A stretch of DNA of 64,000 nucleotides from Gammaproteobacteria bacterium (lineage in GTDB: Bacteria > Pseudomonadota > Gammaproteobacteria > Eutrophobiales > Eutrophobiaceae), in NCBI GenBank assembly GCA_965116495.1, contig OZ220696.1, positions 2,272,001-2,336,000 on the forward strand. Reading direction: 5' to 3'. Positions 20,479 to 31,447 of this stretch are shown one piece after another; the stretch's first letter is position 1, and each line of letters opens with the position of its first letter. Both the position numbers and the translations under genes were made by a program. The notes under the pieces were generated by a model that made no database searches, was not told the DNA's origin, and saw only the letters and a program-made list of their open reading frames with translations.

Positions 20479-21095
20479 ACCTTTATCTCCGGGTCATCCT
20501 TCGGCCTGATGGAAAACCATTCCAGCAGACAGGTTGCAGTCAGGTTGCCCGCTCCGGGGTTATCCGTCAGTTCCACAAAATTGCGCGTCAATTCACAACC
20601 CGAAACGGTATAGAGACCCCTGGCATGCTCATTCAGCAGGTCCAGCAATGCAAATAAATCCCCTTCATGCAGCAATTGCATTTTCAGAATCATTTCACTG
20701 GCAAAAATTTCATACCTGCCCGGTGGCGCCGGAAGTTGCGGGTGGCGGGGTTTCTGCGCTCTTATCTCATAAGTCAGGGATGGTAGTCCGAGTCCGTCCC
20801 CCGCATCCTGCAGGACTTCAATCCAGTTCAGCCTTTGTTCCTCGCCCAGCAGACCGGTTTTATGCAGGTCCATGAAGCGGGGGAGATACTCCTTTATTAC
20901 ATCCACTTCCTCATCCACTGCCAGGTAACGGCGACTGAGTGCGCGCAACTGATCACTGTTGTCCAGGTAATCCTGTTCCATCCGATTCTCAAAGTAAGCG
21001 CTTCCCGACAGCAACGCGGCAGTGAGTGTACTGGCGCTGATAAACAGCGTTACCGCGCCACGCAAATATTGCCAATCGATATTGTCAGGTTTCAC
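20475..21095 (-). CDS. PilO/GspM-like inner-membrane alignment protein
   Basis: TM helix, coiled region, LLHEGDL..LL, C..W C-terminus; operon position. Confidence 0.7.
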   Translation of the reverse strand: MKPDNIDWQYLRGAVTLFISASTLTAALLSGSAYFENRMEQDYLDNSDQLRALSRRYLAVDEEVDVIKEYLPRFMDLHKTGLLGEEQRLNWIEVLQDAGDGLGLPSLTYEIRAQKPRHPQLPAPPGRYEIFASEMILKMQLLHEGDLFALLDLLNEHARGLYTVSGCELTRNFVELTDNPGAGNLTATCLLEWFSIRPKDDPEIKV

Positions 21096-21185
21096 GCCTG
21101 TTCTCTAAATCGGGCAAGGGGACGGACCCCCGCTTACAACATGCGGGGGCATGCTTGAAATCCATCCCCGCTGTCGTCGACATGG

Positions 21186-22790
21186 CTAGGTTTCACGCCT
21201 GAACTCCAATACAACCCTGATGGTAAATTCTGCCCGGCGTTGAAGAGATTGCGTGTTGCCCTGCAAATCCGTATCGGAACTGACGTCAAGGGGCAGGGAA
21301 ACGATACTGACATCATGCACCGCCGCGCGGGTGCGCAGATCCTCGGCAAACCGGTTTATTGCATCCATGGCTTCCCTGAAATTACCGTTAAAAGGTTCGA
21401 TACGCCCTTCCAGCAGGGCCACCTGGTATACCGCCCCGGCAGAGCCGGCGCCGGAAATATCCAATGCGACCCGTATGTCTGCGCCAGCCGGGGAATCGTT
21501 CGCGGCTGCCCCCGGATTATCGGCAGCAGCCCATGCCAGGCTGCTTAATTGTATGGAAGGAAACCGGTCCAGACCGGCGCTCAGCACGGACACCATGTCG
21601 ATTGGAGACGATTTGTATAGCGCCAGACTATCCGCAATCCGGACTGCCGTTTTCAAATCTGACGGTTCAACCGGTATGTCCGGGAGGCGTTTTCTGGCCA
21701 ATTCATACTTCGCGGCATATATTTGCGTCTGCTCTTTTGCCGCATCGTTTTGCCGTTTGAAGGCCAGGCCTCCCAGCAAGTTCTGCCCGCTCCAACCGGC
21801 GCTGCCCAGCAACAGCACTGTCCCGGCGATCCTTACCGAGTCGCGCAGCCGCCACAGGCTGAAATAGCGCCTTTCCGCCGCCGCTGCATAACAATTTCGC
21901 GGCCTGATCTTCAACAACTGCTGCATGAAATACCGGTCACTGAACGGGCTTGGCGCCGGCTTGCCCGGAGCGGATTCAGCGGGCAGTTCGCCCAGGTCGC
22001 AGAAATGGTACCTGATGGACTCCTGTTGTCCGTATGCGGACTTCAGTTCCCGTAACAAGGCGCCTGCCAGGAGAAAATGGACATGTAACGGTTCCGCGGA
22101 AGTAAGCAGCCGCCGGCTGTTCAGGTAACGCTGGATTTTTTCCACTTCGTCACGGATAAACGCAGTGTATGACGCAGGGTCCGCGCGGGGCGGCTGTACC
22201 AGGCGACTGAGTTGAAATTCCCCATTGTCAAAGTAAGTCTGACGCAATCCGCTGATGCTTTGCATGCTGACCAGCAATCGGCGCCCGTCACTCCGGCCGG
22301 TAATGGGTTTCAGCAGCTTCTCCGTGAACAGGGGCAGTGAACAGATTCCTGCCAGGGGCGCCTTGGCTTCATCCATAAGGGCGACCCACTGCTTGATGAC
22401 GGCAGGATTGGCAAGCGCGGTCAGTAGTACCCGGTCATACCTGCGACCCCCGATTTCCCGGCCCGTCACCTTGTAAAAACAATAAGCGGTGTCCTTGAAG
22501 AGACGCCCGGCCTTGCGCCTGAGCAATGCCCGCCGGTCGCGCCCGGACACATGCGGAACGGTGTCCTGACGATACTCTTCATCAAACACGTCCACCAGCA
22601 CGTAGAACGGAATATCCGCTGTTTCAGTGAGATAGCGCCGAAAGTTTTGCCGCCCCGCCTCTCCCGCGTCATACACCGAAGCATGGCCGGGTCCATTACT
22701 CTCCCAGTGGTATACGCCCACCTGTTGCGCACCGATAAACAGCGCCCTGCGGGCCCTGAAATTAAATCCTGAGACCGGTAATGAGATCAT
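21186..22790 (-). CDS. PilM/PilN (GspL)-like alignment protein
   Basis: Cytoplasmic domain (LVDVFDEEY, GLRQTYF), a TM helix, then a periplasmic domain. Start uncertain. Confidence 0.7.
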   Translation of the reverse strand: MISLPVSGFNFRARRALFIGAQQVGVYHWESNGPGHASVYDAGEAGRQNFRRYLTETADIPFYVLVDVFDEEYRQDTVPHVSGRDRRALLRRKAGRLFKDTAYCFYKVTGREIGGRRYDRVLLTALANPAVIKQWVALMDEAKAPLAGICSLPLFTEKLLKPITGRSDGRRLLVSMQSISGLRQTYFDNGEFQLSRLVQPPRADPASYTAFIRDEVEKIQRYLNSRRLLTSAEPLHVHFLLAGALLRELKSAYGQQESIRYHFCDLGELPAESAPGKPAPSPFSDRYFMQQLLKIRPRNCYAAAAERRYFSLWRLRDSVRIAGTVLLLGSAGWSGQNLLGGLAFKRQNDAAKEQTQIYAAKYELARKRLPDIPVEPSDLKTAVRIADSLALYKSSPIDMVSVLSAGLDRFPSIQLSSLAWAAADNPGAAANDSPAGADIRVALDISGAGSAGAVYQVALLEGRIEPFNGNFREAMDAINRFAEDLRTRAAVHDVSIVSLPLDVSSDTDLQGNTQSLQRRAEFTIRVVLEFRRET

Positions 22791-23967
22791 AAATTGGTCC
22801 CAGGACGGAAAACACGACCCAGCCGATAATGGCACCCAACACCAGCGTCATCAGCGGCTCTATCATCGATTGCAGTTTGCCTATGGCCTCCCGCACATCG
22901 CGAGTGTAGAAATAAGCAACGTTCTCCAGGGATGGCGCCAGGGCGCCGCTGGTTTCGCCGACACGGATCATGCGCAGGATCAGGGGCGGGAACAACCCGC
23001 TTGCCGTAAAGCTGTCAGCCAGGCTTTCGCCGTCCGCCACAGCCCTGCCGACTTTGTTCATCGCCTTCCCGATGGCAAGATTGCCGGCGCTGCGCTCGCC
23101 GGCACTGATGCAGTCAATAACCGTTATACCTGATGAATACATCATGGCAAAGAGGCTGGACAGCCGCGCCAGGATGTGTTTCTCCAGCACCGGACCGAAT
23201 ACAGGCACAGCTAACTTGACCCGGTCCAGCGCGAGCCTGAAGCCGGGACTGGTTCTGCCTCCGACAACCACGAGAATGAGAAGCAAAACCGGTACAAACA
23301 GGATGGCGTACCAGTATCGGGTAATTACCCCGGATAGCACGATCAAAAGCACGGTATGGGCAGGTAATTCCGACCCTGTTGTGCTGACGAACGCGAGCAG
23401 TTCGGGCACCAGGTAGATCATCAGAAAAAACACCACGCCGCCGATGACAGTGCCGGCAAAAACCGGATACATGATCAGCTTGCCGGCCAGGGCTGCCTGT
23501 TCGTCCTGCCATTTCAGGTTCGCCCCCAGCCTGTCCAGTATGTCACCCAGCTTGCCGGTTTGCTCGCCCGCCCGGACCAGGTTGACGAATACCTCGCTGA
23601 ATACGTCGGGAAACTCGCGCATGGCTTCCGATAAGGTCTTGCCGCCCTCGATAGATTCAAGCATTGCTGCACAAACCTCCCGCAACCGGGGGTTGTCCGC
23701 GCTGTCGCGCAGGTCCTGCAGGCTTTCCAGTACAGGCACACCGGCCCCCAGGGTCTGTTCCAGGTGAAAACAGAATAAAATCAGGTCACGCTTTTTCACC
23801 CGGCGCAGGGGCAAGCGTATACCCGGCGACCGCGCTGTCTTGTAGCTGATCAGTTCCAGCCCCATTTTCCTCAGTCGTATTTCCAGGTCCGCCCCGTTGG
23901 AAGCCCTTGTTTTGCCCCTGTTCACACGGCCGCGGGTATCGATTCCCTTGTATTTGTAAAAACCCAT
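22762..23967 (-). CDS. T2SS F-family platform protein (PilC/MshG-like)
   Basis: AGEQTGKL, VGETSGAL, IEPLMT, PIYD. Confidence 0.93.
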   Translation of the reverse strand: MGFYKYKGIDTRGRVNRGKTRASNGADLEIRLRKMGLELISYKTARSPGIRLPLRRVKKRDLILFCFHLEQTLGAGVPVLESLQDLRDSADNPRLREVCAAMLESIEGGKTLSEAMREFPDVFSEVFVNLVRAGEQTGKLGDILDRLGANLKWQDEQAALAGKLIMYPVFAGTVIGGVVFFLMIYLVPELLAFVSTTGSELPAHTVLLIVLSGVITRYWYAILFVPVLLLILVVVGGRTSPGFRLALDRVKLAVPVFGPVLEKHILARLSSLFAMMYSSGITVIDCISAGERSAGNLAIGKAMNKVGRAVADGESLADSFTASGLFPPLILRMIRVGETSGALAPSLENVAYFYTRDVREAIGKLQSMIEPLMTLVLGAIIGWVVFSVLGPIYDLITGLRI

Positions 23968-23969
23968 GG

Positions 23970-25667
23970 CTATGCGTACTTGTCGCCGAGGTCCACCACG
24001 CGCGCGACCTCTTCGGGGCTGGTCGCGCCTTCGATCACCTTGCCCATCCCGGCATCAGCCAGGGACCTGAAACCTTTTTCCAGGGCCATGCAGTAGAGTT
24101 CCCGGGGTGTACCGCGACGGGCAACCAGTTCGTCCATGTCCGGCTCAAACAGCAGGATTTCCACCAGCGCCATGCGGCCCTGGTAACCCTGGTCTGCGCA
24201 GGCCGGACAACCTGTGGGCCGGTAAACAATGGATTGTTTATCGGCCGCCCGCGAGTCAGTGAGAGGACCTTTCATTTCTGCCGGTTTCTTACAATCGCCA
24301 CACAACTTGCGCACCAGTCTCTGCGCCACAACGCCGATGATATTTCCGGCCAGAATTTCAGGTCTGATGCCAATATCCAGCATGCGCGGGATAGCACCGA
24401 CCGCAGAATTTGAATGCAGGGTGGAAAACACCAGGTGACCGGTCATGGCGGCGCGCAAGGCCATGGCGGCAGTATCCTCATCGCGTATTTCCCCAACCAG
24501 GATGATATCCGGGTCCTGGCGCAGTATCGAACGGATGCCGTCAGCAAAACCGAGTTTGGTTGTTGCATTGGCCGGGGTCTGCCTGATCATGGAGGTGGGA
24601 TATTCAACGGGGTCTTCCAGGGTCATGATATTGACGGATTCGGTGTTCAGGTAATGCAAAATCGAATACAGGGTGGTGGTCTTGCCGCTGCCGGTAGGAC
24701 CGGTTACCAGGATGAGCCCTTCCGGACGCGTGACCATGCGTTTCAGCATCGCAAGGTCCGCGTCCGGCAGACCCAGTTTATCCAGAGCAACGACACCTTT
24801 TTGCCGGTCCAGGACTCGCAGGACTATATTTTCACCATGCAGGGTGGGCAGGGTGGACACGCGAAAATCCACCTGCCGGCCCGATAGGGACAGCGAAATA
24901 CGGCCGTCTTGCGGCGCGCGGGTTTCGGCAATGTCCAGCCCCGCCATTACCTTCACGCGCACGGCAAGTGCCGACCAGTAGTCTTTATGCAGGCTGCGTA
25001 CCTGCCGGAGAACGCCGTCTATGCGGTAGCGAAAGCGAAGAAACCCCAGTTCCGGCTCAAAATGGATATCGGAAGCGCCGCACTTGACCGCATCGGATAG
25101 CAGTGCATTGACGAGCCTGACAACCGGCTGGCTGTATTCATTGCTCTGCGCGGCAAGGCTCCGGTAATCGAGTTCGCCCGTTTCTATTTCGTTCAGGATG
25201 CCGTCAACGGACAACTCATATCCGTAGAACCGGTCGAGGGATGTTTCAATTTCCGCCTCAGCGGCGAGTACCGGGACGACGTCCGCCGCGCCGCCGAGGT
25301 GGGCATTAATCCGGTCCAGGGCAACAATGTTAAATGTATCCACCAGCGCCACTTTCAGCAATTTGCGCACCGGTTCATAACTGACAGGCACGGCATGCAG
25401 ACTCCTCGCCATTTCTTCCGGAACCATGGCCAGCGCTTCACTGTCGGCTACACTGGATTGCAAATCAACCCGTTGCTGTCCGAACGCGCCACTGATGACA
25501 TCATGGATGATCGTTTCGCTTGCGAACCCCAGGCGCACCAGTATTTTCCCCAGCAACTCGCTGTTCTTCTTCTGTTCCACCAACGCAATTTCAAGCTGGT
25601 CGGGTGTAATGATGCCTTTGCTGACGAGCATCTCGCCCAGGCGCAGGTGTGGATTGGATATGGACAT
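23970..25667 (-). CDS. GspE/PilB/MshE assembly ATPase with MshEN domain
   Basis: RLGEMLVSKGIITPDQLEIALVEQ, ASDIHFEP, GPTGSGKTT, LRQDPD, GHLVFSTLH, CxxC...CxxC. Confidence 0.95.
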   Translation of the reverse strand: MSISNPHLRLGEMLVSKGIITPDQLEIALVEQKKNSELLGKILVRLGFASETIIHDVISGAFGQQRVDLQSSVADSEALAMVPEEMARSLHAVPVSYEPVRKLLKVALVDTFNIVALDRINAHLGGAADVVPVLAAEAEIETSLDRFYGYELSVDGILNEIETGELDYRSLAAQSNEYSQPVVRLVNALLSDAVKCGASDIHFEPELGFLRFRYRIDGVLRQVRSLHKDYWSALAVRVKVMAGLDIAETRAPQDGRISLSLSGRQVDFRVSTLPTLHGENIVLRVLDRQKGVVALDKLGLPDADLAMLKRMVTRPEGLILVTGPTGSGKTTTLYSILHYLNTESVNIMTLEDPVEYPTSMIRQTPANATTKLGFADGIRSILRQDPDIILVGEIRDEDTAAMALRAAMTGHLVFSTLHSNSAVGAIPRMLDIGIRPEILAGNIIGVVAQRLVRKLCGDCKKPAEMKGPLTDSRAADKQSIVYRPTGCPACADQGYQGRMALVEILLFEPDMDELVARRGTPRELYCMALEKGFRSLADAGMGKVIEGATSPEEVARVVDLGDKYA

Positions 25668-25671
25668 TTTG

Positions 25672-26358
25672 CTAGGGCCGTCGCAGGGAATGGATGCGCC
25701 TGATAACCGGCCTTATATCCAGGTCGGAAGCGCCTGACTCCACCAGTTTCAGGGTGCTACGATAATAATTCAGCGCCTCCTCCCCGTGCCCCATCCTGTC
25801 CAGGCTGATAGCCAGGTTAAGGGTATAAACCGGGTTGGCGGGGTCAATCCGGTGGGCTGCAGAAAAGGCTTGTCGCGCCTCGGGCCAGCGTGTCTGCGCA
25901 GCCAGGAGTTGACCCAGGCTGGCGTACAGAAACGGGTTATCCGTTTGCCTTGTCAACAGTTGCCTGATTACCGGCTCTTCCTGCCGGTTCTGCTGCAGGC
26001 CAACCAGTGCAGCCCTGGACAAGGCATCCTGCGGAAAGGCGCGGATTATCCGCTGATACATGCTTGTGGCAGACCTGGTATCACCTTCCCTGACCGCACA
26101 TGCCGCCAGCCCCAGCATGGCGTCGCGATTGTCCGGATAGACCTGTAACACGTCCGTATACCCGGACTTTGCCGCCATCAGGTCGCCGGCCTGGTAAGCC
26201 CGGTAAGCCGTATTCACCCGGTCATCCATGTCTTCGGCTGCTCCCGTGCGTATGACGCTGATCGGCGCGGCATCCGCTTCGGCCTTGACGGGTCGGAGCA
26301 CTGAGGAAATTGCACAGGCGCCGAAAACAATCAACACAGGGACAATCAAATCTCCCAT
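25672..26358 (-). CDS. TPR protein (MshN-like)
   Basis: TPR helices (NRDAMLGLA, NLAISLD). Start may instead be GTG 26403. Confidence 0.8.
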   Translation of the reverse strand: MGDLIVPVLIVFGACAISSVLRPVKAEADAAPISVIRTGAAEDMDDRVNTAYRAYQAGDLMAAKSGYTDVLQVYPDNRDAMLGLAACAVREGDTRSATSMYQRIIRAFPQDALSRAALVGLQQNRQEEPVIRQLLTRQTDNPFLYASLGQLLAAQTRWPEARQAFSAAHRIDPANPVYTLNLAISLDRMGHGEEALNYYRSTLKLVESGASDLDIRPVIRRIHSLRRP

Positions 26359-26395
26359 CCTTAACACCGGTGCACTGCCGGGTATTCCTGGCGAG

Positions 26396-28066
26396 TTAAT
26401 CACTGATTTGTCCCGGAAAGAACTGCTTATAAGATCTGAAATCACCCTCCAGACTCGGGTTGCGGACGATAAGCGGGCGCAGAAATATAACCAGTTCGGT
26501 CTTTTCGTACTCGCGCAGCGCCATCTTGAAGGCATTCCCCAGGACCGGGATCCGGGACAGCCCGGGAATGGCGTTATCGTTTTTGCGATTGTCATCCTGC
26601 ATCAACCCGCCCATGACCGCGATCTCGCCGTTTTTCAACTGCAACATGGATTCCATCTCGCGTACCCTGATTTCAGGAACCGGACTGGAGATCGACAAGG
26701 CCGGATTCGGGTCGTTGACGAACCGGTTGATGCGGGAAATGCTGGGCCTGATATTCAGGATGATGGAATCGTTTGCCTTGATGTGCGGGGTGATGGTCAT
26801 GACGATGCCCACCGGTACCGTTTTTACGATAGTCTCAAAGGTACTGGCCGCTACGCCCTGGGTGATGTTGCTTTCCTGTTCCACCTCGAAATAGACCACG
26901 TTATCGACCACCTTCAGGATGGCCGACTGATTGTTCAGTGCCATGATCTGCGGACTCGACAACACGCTTACGTCTCCGAACTCCTCCAGCAATTCCAGGG
27001 CGGCGCTGAGCACTCTTTCCCGGTCCGGCTCGGTATCGTCATAACTCAGGGAAAACAGTGAAGCGGCATTGACGGGGTTGGCCGTGATTGTCTTCGTCAT
27101 CAGGTTGAACCCGTCAAGACCGGCCTGGTTGAGCACCTGCCAGTCGATGCCGGCCTGGAACTGGTCGGTCAGGCTCACTTCGACAATAGTCGCCTGAATC
27201 AACACCTGGCGATTGGCGTTGGTCAACGTCTGGCTGATCAGTTTCTGCAGTAATTCATGCTGTGCATGGGTTGCTTTTACGGTCAACACGCCCGATTCGG
27301 GATGAGGGATGACGGCATTACCGGCCATTGGCCTGCCATCGACTGAGCCATCCGAATCCAGGATGGCGGACACGTTCGCTACCAGGCTGTCCCAGAAATG
27401 GTTGGACATGGTGCTGCCGATAGTGGTGGTCGAGTTATTCGTTCCGCCTCCCCCTTCCGTGTTGGTGCCGGTTCCGGCAATCTGTGTCCCAACCTGTACG
27501 ACGTGGGACGTATCCCGCGCCATGTTCAGGTAATCAATCCGGTAGGTACGGAAATACGGCTCATCCGGCGCGATGAATATGTTGTCTTCCTCTACCGAGT
27601 GGCGCAGGCCCGCCTGCCGGGCTATGCGCTGCAGTAATTGCGGCAAGGTCTGTTCCACCGCGTTCATGGTCACAAGGCCGCTGATACCCGGGGCAATATC
27701 GACATTCACTTGCGCATCCCGCGCCAGGGCAAATAACAATTCTGTTACGGGGACTTCATTAACGACTACCGTGTACCTTTCCTCGTGCTGCAGCGGCGCA
27801 GGCTCGGGAACGGGTGGAGGTTGGTTGACGATCGCGGGAATATCGCCGGACAGGTTCGTTCCGGCTGCTACGGTAAGATGCCCTGTGGAAGGCGCCGGCG
27901 GTTCGGGAGTGAATTCTGCGCACGCGGCGCAGACAGTGAGGAAAAACAGACAGGTGACAATGCGCGCCTGTGCGCACCCGTCCCTGAGTACCCGTCCCGT
28001 CCAAATGCGGCATCCCGTCGGGGCCAGCCTATCCGTAAACACGTGAATCCCTTGTGACAACTCCAT
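26396..28066 (-). CDS. Secretin (MshL-like)
   Basis: ELLFALARDA, QVLIQATIVEV, VLSSPQIMALNNQ, IPGLSRIPVLGNAF, KTELVIFLRP. Start uncertain. Confidence 0.93.
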   Translation of the reverse strand: MELSQGIHVFTDRLAPTGCRIWTGRVLRDGCAQARIVTCLFFLTVCAACAEFTPEPPAPSTGHLTVAAGTNLSGDIPAIVNQPPPVPEPAPLQHEERYTVVVNEVPVTELLFALARDAQVNVDIAPGISGLVTMNAVEQTLPQLLQRIARQAGLRHSVEEDNIFIAPDEPYFRTYRIDYLNMARDTSHVVQVGTQIAGTGTNTEGGGGTNNSTTTIGSTMSNHFWDSLVANVSAILDSDGSVDGRPMAGNAVIPHPESGVLTVKATHAQHELLQKLISQTLTNANRQVLIQATIVEVSLTDQFQAGIDWQVLNQAGLDGFNLMTKTITANPVNAASLFSLSYDDTEPDRERVLSAALELLEEFGDVSVLSSPQIMALNNQSAILKVVDNVVYFEVEQESNITQGVAASTFETIVKTVPVGIVMTITPHIKANDSIILNIRPSISRINRFVNDPNPALSISSPVPEIRVREMESMLQLKNGEIAVMGGLMQDDNRKNDNAIPGLSRIPVLGNAFKMALREYEKTELVIFLRPLIVRNPSLEGDFRSYKQFFPGQISD

Positions 28067-28493
28067 GATGCTCCGTTACTTTCCTGCATCTCCTTCCTTA
28101 CAGCCCGCGGACCGCAAGCCAGCGACCAGCGGACTACCCTTTGACTATGAGGATATACACTGATGCGGCATATTGCAAACAAAATTTTTCAGTTTGTCAG
28201 GCAACCCTCAAACGCGCCTCCCACAGGTCATATTCCGCCTGCACACGGACCCACATCTCGGCGCTGGTATCCAAGCGCGGATACATGCGTAAAACATCGT
28301 AGTCCACCTGTTTCTCCGAGACTTTCGCTGTCGCTACTCGCCCCGGCTTTTATTCCTCCCCGCGCTATTTGTCCGGACATCCTTCCTCCAGGCTCATTTC
28401 ATATTGGAAAACACTCCCAGTTTGAGGTCGTGGTCAGTGTCGTAAGATTATATTGTCAATAAAGCGCCCTGCTTCAAGGTATTATTCACCATG

Positions 28494-28985
28494 CTATTTC
28501 CGGCAGGCGGCATACATGCCGGGACAGGCGCGCTCCAGCATATTGAGCACCACCTCAAACCCCTGTGGGCCGCCGTAGTAGGGGTCCGGAACCTGGGGCG
28601 CCTGTTCAGGATTGCCCTGGTGCTCCGGGAGAAACGAGCCCAACAGTCGAATATCGGTTTGCGGCCCGCCTGCAAGCTCTTCCAGGTACCACAGGTTGTC
28701 CCGGTCCATGGCCACGATGAGCTCGAATTCCTCCATATCTTCAGGAGTGACCTGGCGCGAGAGGGACGTCAGCGTGTAACCGCGGTCGGATGCAGCAGCG
28801 CGCATGCGCGGGTCGGCGGGTTTGCCGCTGTGGTAGTCAATGGTGCCTGCGGAATCGATGTGAAAGTTTTCCGCGGCGCCATGCTGATTGACGTAATACC
28901 GGAATACACCTTCCGCCGCCGGCGAACGGCAGATATTGCCCATGCAGACGAATAGAACAGAGACATGTTTTTGTTTCCCGGTCAT
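28494..28985 (-). CDS. Low-molecular-weight protein tyrosine phosphatase
   Basis: VLFVCMGNICRSP, VPDPYYG. Confidence 0.96.
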   Translation of the reverse strand: MTGKQKHVSVLFVCMGNICRSPAAEGVFRYYVNQHGAAENFHIDSAGTIDYHSGKPADPRMRAAASDRGYTLTSLSRQVTPEDMEEFELIVAMDRDNLWYLEELAGGPQTDIRLLGSFLPEHQGNPEQAPQVPDPYYGGPQGFEVVLNMLERACPGMYAACRK

Positions 28986-29018
28986 CAGGACAAAATCATG
29001 ACAGGATAGATTTGCGAC

Positions 29019-29153
29019 TGGATACCGGCTTCCGTCGGTATGACGATGTTTGCGGGTATGGCGTTGTTCGTCGGTATGGCGTTGTTCGTCGGCATGACGT
29101 TGTTTGCCGGTGTGACGTTGTTTGCCGGCATGACGATGTTTGCGGGCATGGCG
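29019..29153. repeat. REP-like hairpin followed by tandem 18-bp degenerate repeats (7 units)
   Basis: TGGATACCGGCTTCCGTCGGTATGACG, then units such as ATGTTTGCGGGTATGGCG and TTGTTTGCCGGCATGACG at an 18-bp period from 29028. Confidence 0.85.
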
Positions 29154-29162
29154 GTTTCAGGA

Positions 29163-30014
29163 TCAACGCAGGTCAAGCGCGTCCCAGATCGCTTCCGATG
29201 CCTCGGCCTTGTTCATCGTATAGATGTGCAGGCCGGGAGCGCCGGCATCCAGCAGTTGTACGCATAGTCGGATGGTGACATCGATGCCGAAACTGCGTAT
29301 GGAGTCAAGATCGTCCCCGAAATCATACAGGCGCTTCAGGATCCAGCGTGGTATTTCAGCGCCGCACATCTCCGAGAACCTGACAAGCTGGGTACGGTTG
29401 GTGATGGGCATAACACCGGGGACAATCGGGATATCTATCCCCATACCGATGCAGCTTTCCAGGAACCGGAAATAGGCGTCGGCATTGTAAAAGTACTGGG
29501 TAATGGCGCTGTCGGCGCCGGCATCCACTTTTCTCTTGAAATTTTCCAGGTCTTTCCCGGCGCTTCGCGCCTGGGGGTGGAATTCCGGATAGCATCCCAC
29601 GTCGATATGGAAGTGCCTGCCGGTCTCAGCGCGGATGAACTCAACCAGTTCGCTTGCGAAGCGTAGCGCACCCGTTCCGGCGAGACCGGAAGGCAGGTCG
29701 CCGCGTAAGGCCACCAGGTGATCAAAACCGTGGTCTTTGTAATTGTGGATGACCCCCCTGAGTTCCTCCCTGGAAGAGCCGATACAGGATACATGGGGCG
29801 CCGCTTCTATCCCGGTCGTGTCATTGACAAACTGCGCTGTCTCGAAAGTCTTGTCCCGGGTACTGCCCCCGGCGCCGAAGGTGACCGAGAAATAATCCGG
29901 GCGCAACGGTTTCAACCTCGCAACGGTCGCGTGCAGGTTTTGCTCTGCCGCAGGCGTCCTGGGAGGAAAAAACTCGAAGCTGAGTTTGAGGGCGTTACGA
30001 TCCAACCGGTTCAA
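29163..30014 (-). CDS. metF: 5,10-methylenetetrahydrofolate reductase
   Basis: [41 protein letters not shown]. Confidence 0.97.
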   Translation of the reverse strand: MNRLDRNALKLSFEFFPPRTPAAEQNLHATVARLKPLRPDYFSVTFGAGGSTRDKTFETAQFVNDTTGIEAAPHVSCIGSSREELRGVIHNYKDHGFDHLVALRGDLPSGLAGTGALRFASELVEFIRAETGRHFHIDVGCYPEFHPQARSAGKDLENFKRKVDAGADSAITQYFYNADAYFRFLESCIGMGIDIPIVPGVMPITNRTQLVRFSEMCGAEIPRWILKRLYDFGDDLDSIRSFGIDVTIRLCVQLLDAGAPGLHIYTMNKAEASEAIWDALDLR

Positions 30015-31426
30015 TAGCGATAATGTTCCGGCTTGAAGGGCCCTTGCCCGGGGACTCCCAGGTAAGCAGCCTGCTGCTCGGTGAGAGAAGTCAGTTGCAC
30101 ACCGATACGTCCCAGGTGCAACCGGGCCACTTTTTCATCCAGGCGTTTGGGCAGGACGTAGACGTCCGCCCGGTAGTTATCCCGGTGGCGATATAATTCG
30201 ACCTGCGCCATCACCTGGTTGGTAAACGAGTTGGACATGACAAAGCTGGGATGGCCGGTGGCGCAACCCAGGTTTACCAGGCGTCCTTTTGCCAGCAGGA
30301 TGATGCGCTTGCCGTCCGGGAAGATGACATGGTCCACTTGGGGCTTGATTTCCTCCCAACGGTAATCCTCTAATGCGGCCACATCAATTTCGTTGTCGAA
30401 ATGACCGATATTGCAGACGATGGCCTGGTCTTTCATGGCCAGCAGGTGTTTATGGGTGATCACGTGATAATTGCCGGTGGCGGTGACGAAAATATCCGCA
30501 TCAGCGCAGACGTCGTCCATCCTGACCACCCGGTATCCTTCCATGGCTGCCTGCAGGGCGCAGATGGGATCCACCTCGGTCACACACACGGTGGCGCCGA
30601 GACCGCGCAGGGATTGTGTGCAACCCTTGCCCACGTCGCCGTAACCGAGGACCACCGCGGTCTTGCCGGCGATCATGACATCGGTGGCGCGCTTGATGCC
30701 GTCAACCAGGGATTCCCGGCAGCCGTACAGGTTGTCGAACTTGGACTTGGTGACTGAATCATTCACGTTGATGGCCGCGAACGGCAGGGTGCCGTTCTGC
30801 TTCATCTGGTAGAGACGGTTCACGCCCGTGGTGGTTTCTTCCGTGACACCGATAATATTGTCCCGGATACGGGTATACCAACCCGGTTTTGAACCAAGCC
30901 GTTTTTTGATCGCGGCAAACAGGTATTGCTCTTCTTCACTGGCCAGGTTATCCAATACCGACGGGTCCTGTTCCGCCCTGGCGCCCAGGGTAACCAGCAG
31001 GGTGGCATCGCCGCCATCATCCAGGATCATGTTGGGCGTACCCCCATCGGGCCACTCCATGATTTTATGGGAGTATTCCCAGTACTCCTCCAGGCTTTCC
31101 CCCTTGTGCGCGAACACGGGAATGCCCTGGTCGGCAATCGCGGCCGCGGCGTGGTCTTGGGTGGAAAAGATATTACAGGATGCCCAGCGGACTTCCGCGC
31201 CCAGGGCAACCAGCGTTTCGATCAATACCGCGGTCTGTATCGTCATGTGCAGGGAGCCGGCGATACGGGCGCCCTCCAGGGGTTGCTCTTCGGCAAATTC
31301 ATTGCGCACCGAAACCAGGCCGGGCATTTCAGTTTCAGCAATTCGGATTTCCTTGTGTCCCCACTCTGCCAGGGACAGGTCGGCTACGTGATAATCGGAA
31401 AATACGGTCTGGACTGCTACGCTCAT
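30011..31426 (-). CDS. ahcY: Adenosylhomocysteinase
   Basis: [51 protein letters not shown] 31426 has a GAGG RBS. Confidence 0.98.
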   Translation of the reverse strand: MSVAVQTVFSDYHVADLSLAEWGHKEIRIAETEMPGLVSVRNEFAEEQPLEGARIAGSLHMTIQTAVLIETLVALGAEVRWASCNIFSTQDHAAAAIADQGIPVFAHKGESLEEYWEYSHKIMEWPDGGTPNMILDDGGDATLLVTLGARAEQDPSVLDNLASEEEQYLFAAIKKRLGSKPGWYTRIRDNIIGVTEETTTGVNRLYQMKQNGTLPFAAINVNDSVTKSKFDNLYGCRESLVDGIKRATDVMIAGKTAVVLGYGDVGKGCTQSLRGLGATVCVTEVDPICALQAAMEGYRVVRMDDVCADADIFVTATGNYHVITHKHLLAMKDQAIVCNIGHFDNEIDVAALEDYRWEEIKPQVDHVIFPDGKRIILLAKGRLVNLGCATGHPSFVMSNSFTNQVMAQVELYRHRDNYRADVYVLPKRLDEKVARLHLGRIGVQLTSLTEQQAAYLGVPGQGPFKPEHYRY

Positions 31427-31447
31427 CTTTATATTCCTCAAAGTCAA

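Noticed and set aside
29019-29153. CRISPR array (also considered for 60951-61039)
   Set aside because: Units are contiguous 18- or 20-bp tandem repeats with no unique spacers, and no cas genes are present.
28985-29176. Antifreeze-like repeat peptide
   Set aside because: The hexapeptide periodicity is fully explained by the REP-derived DNA repeat, and there is no independent evidence of protein function.
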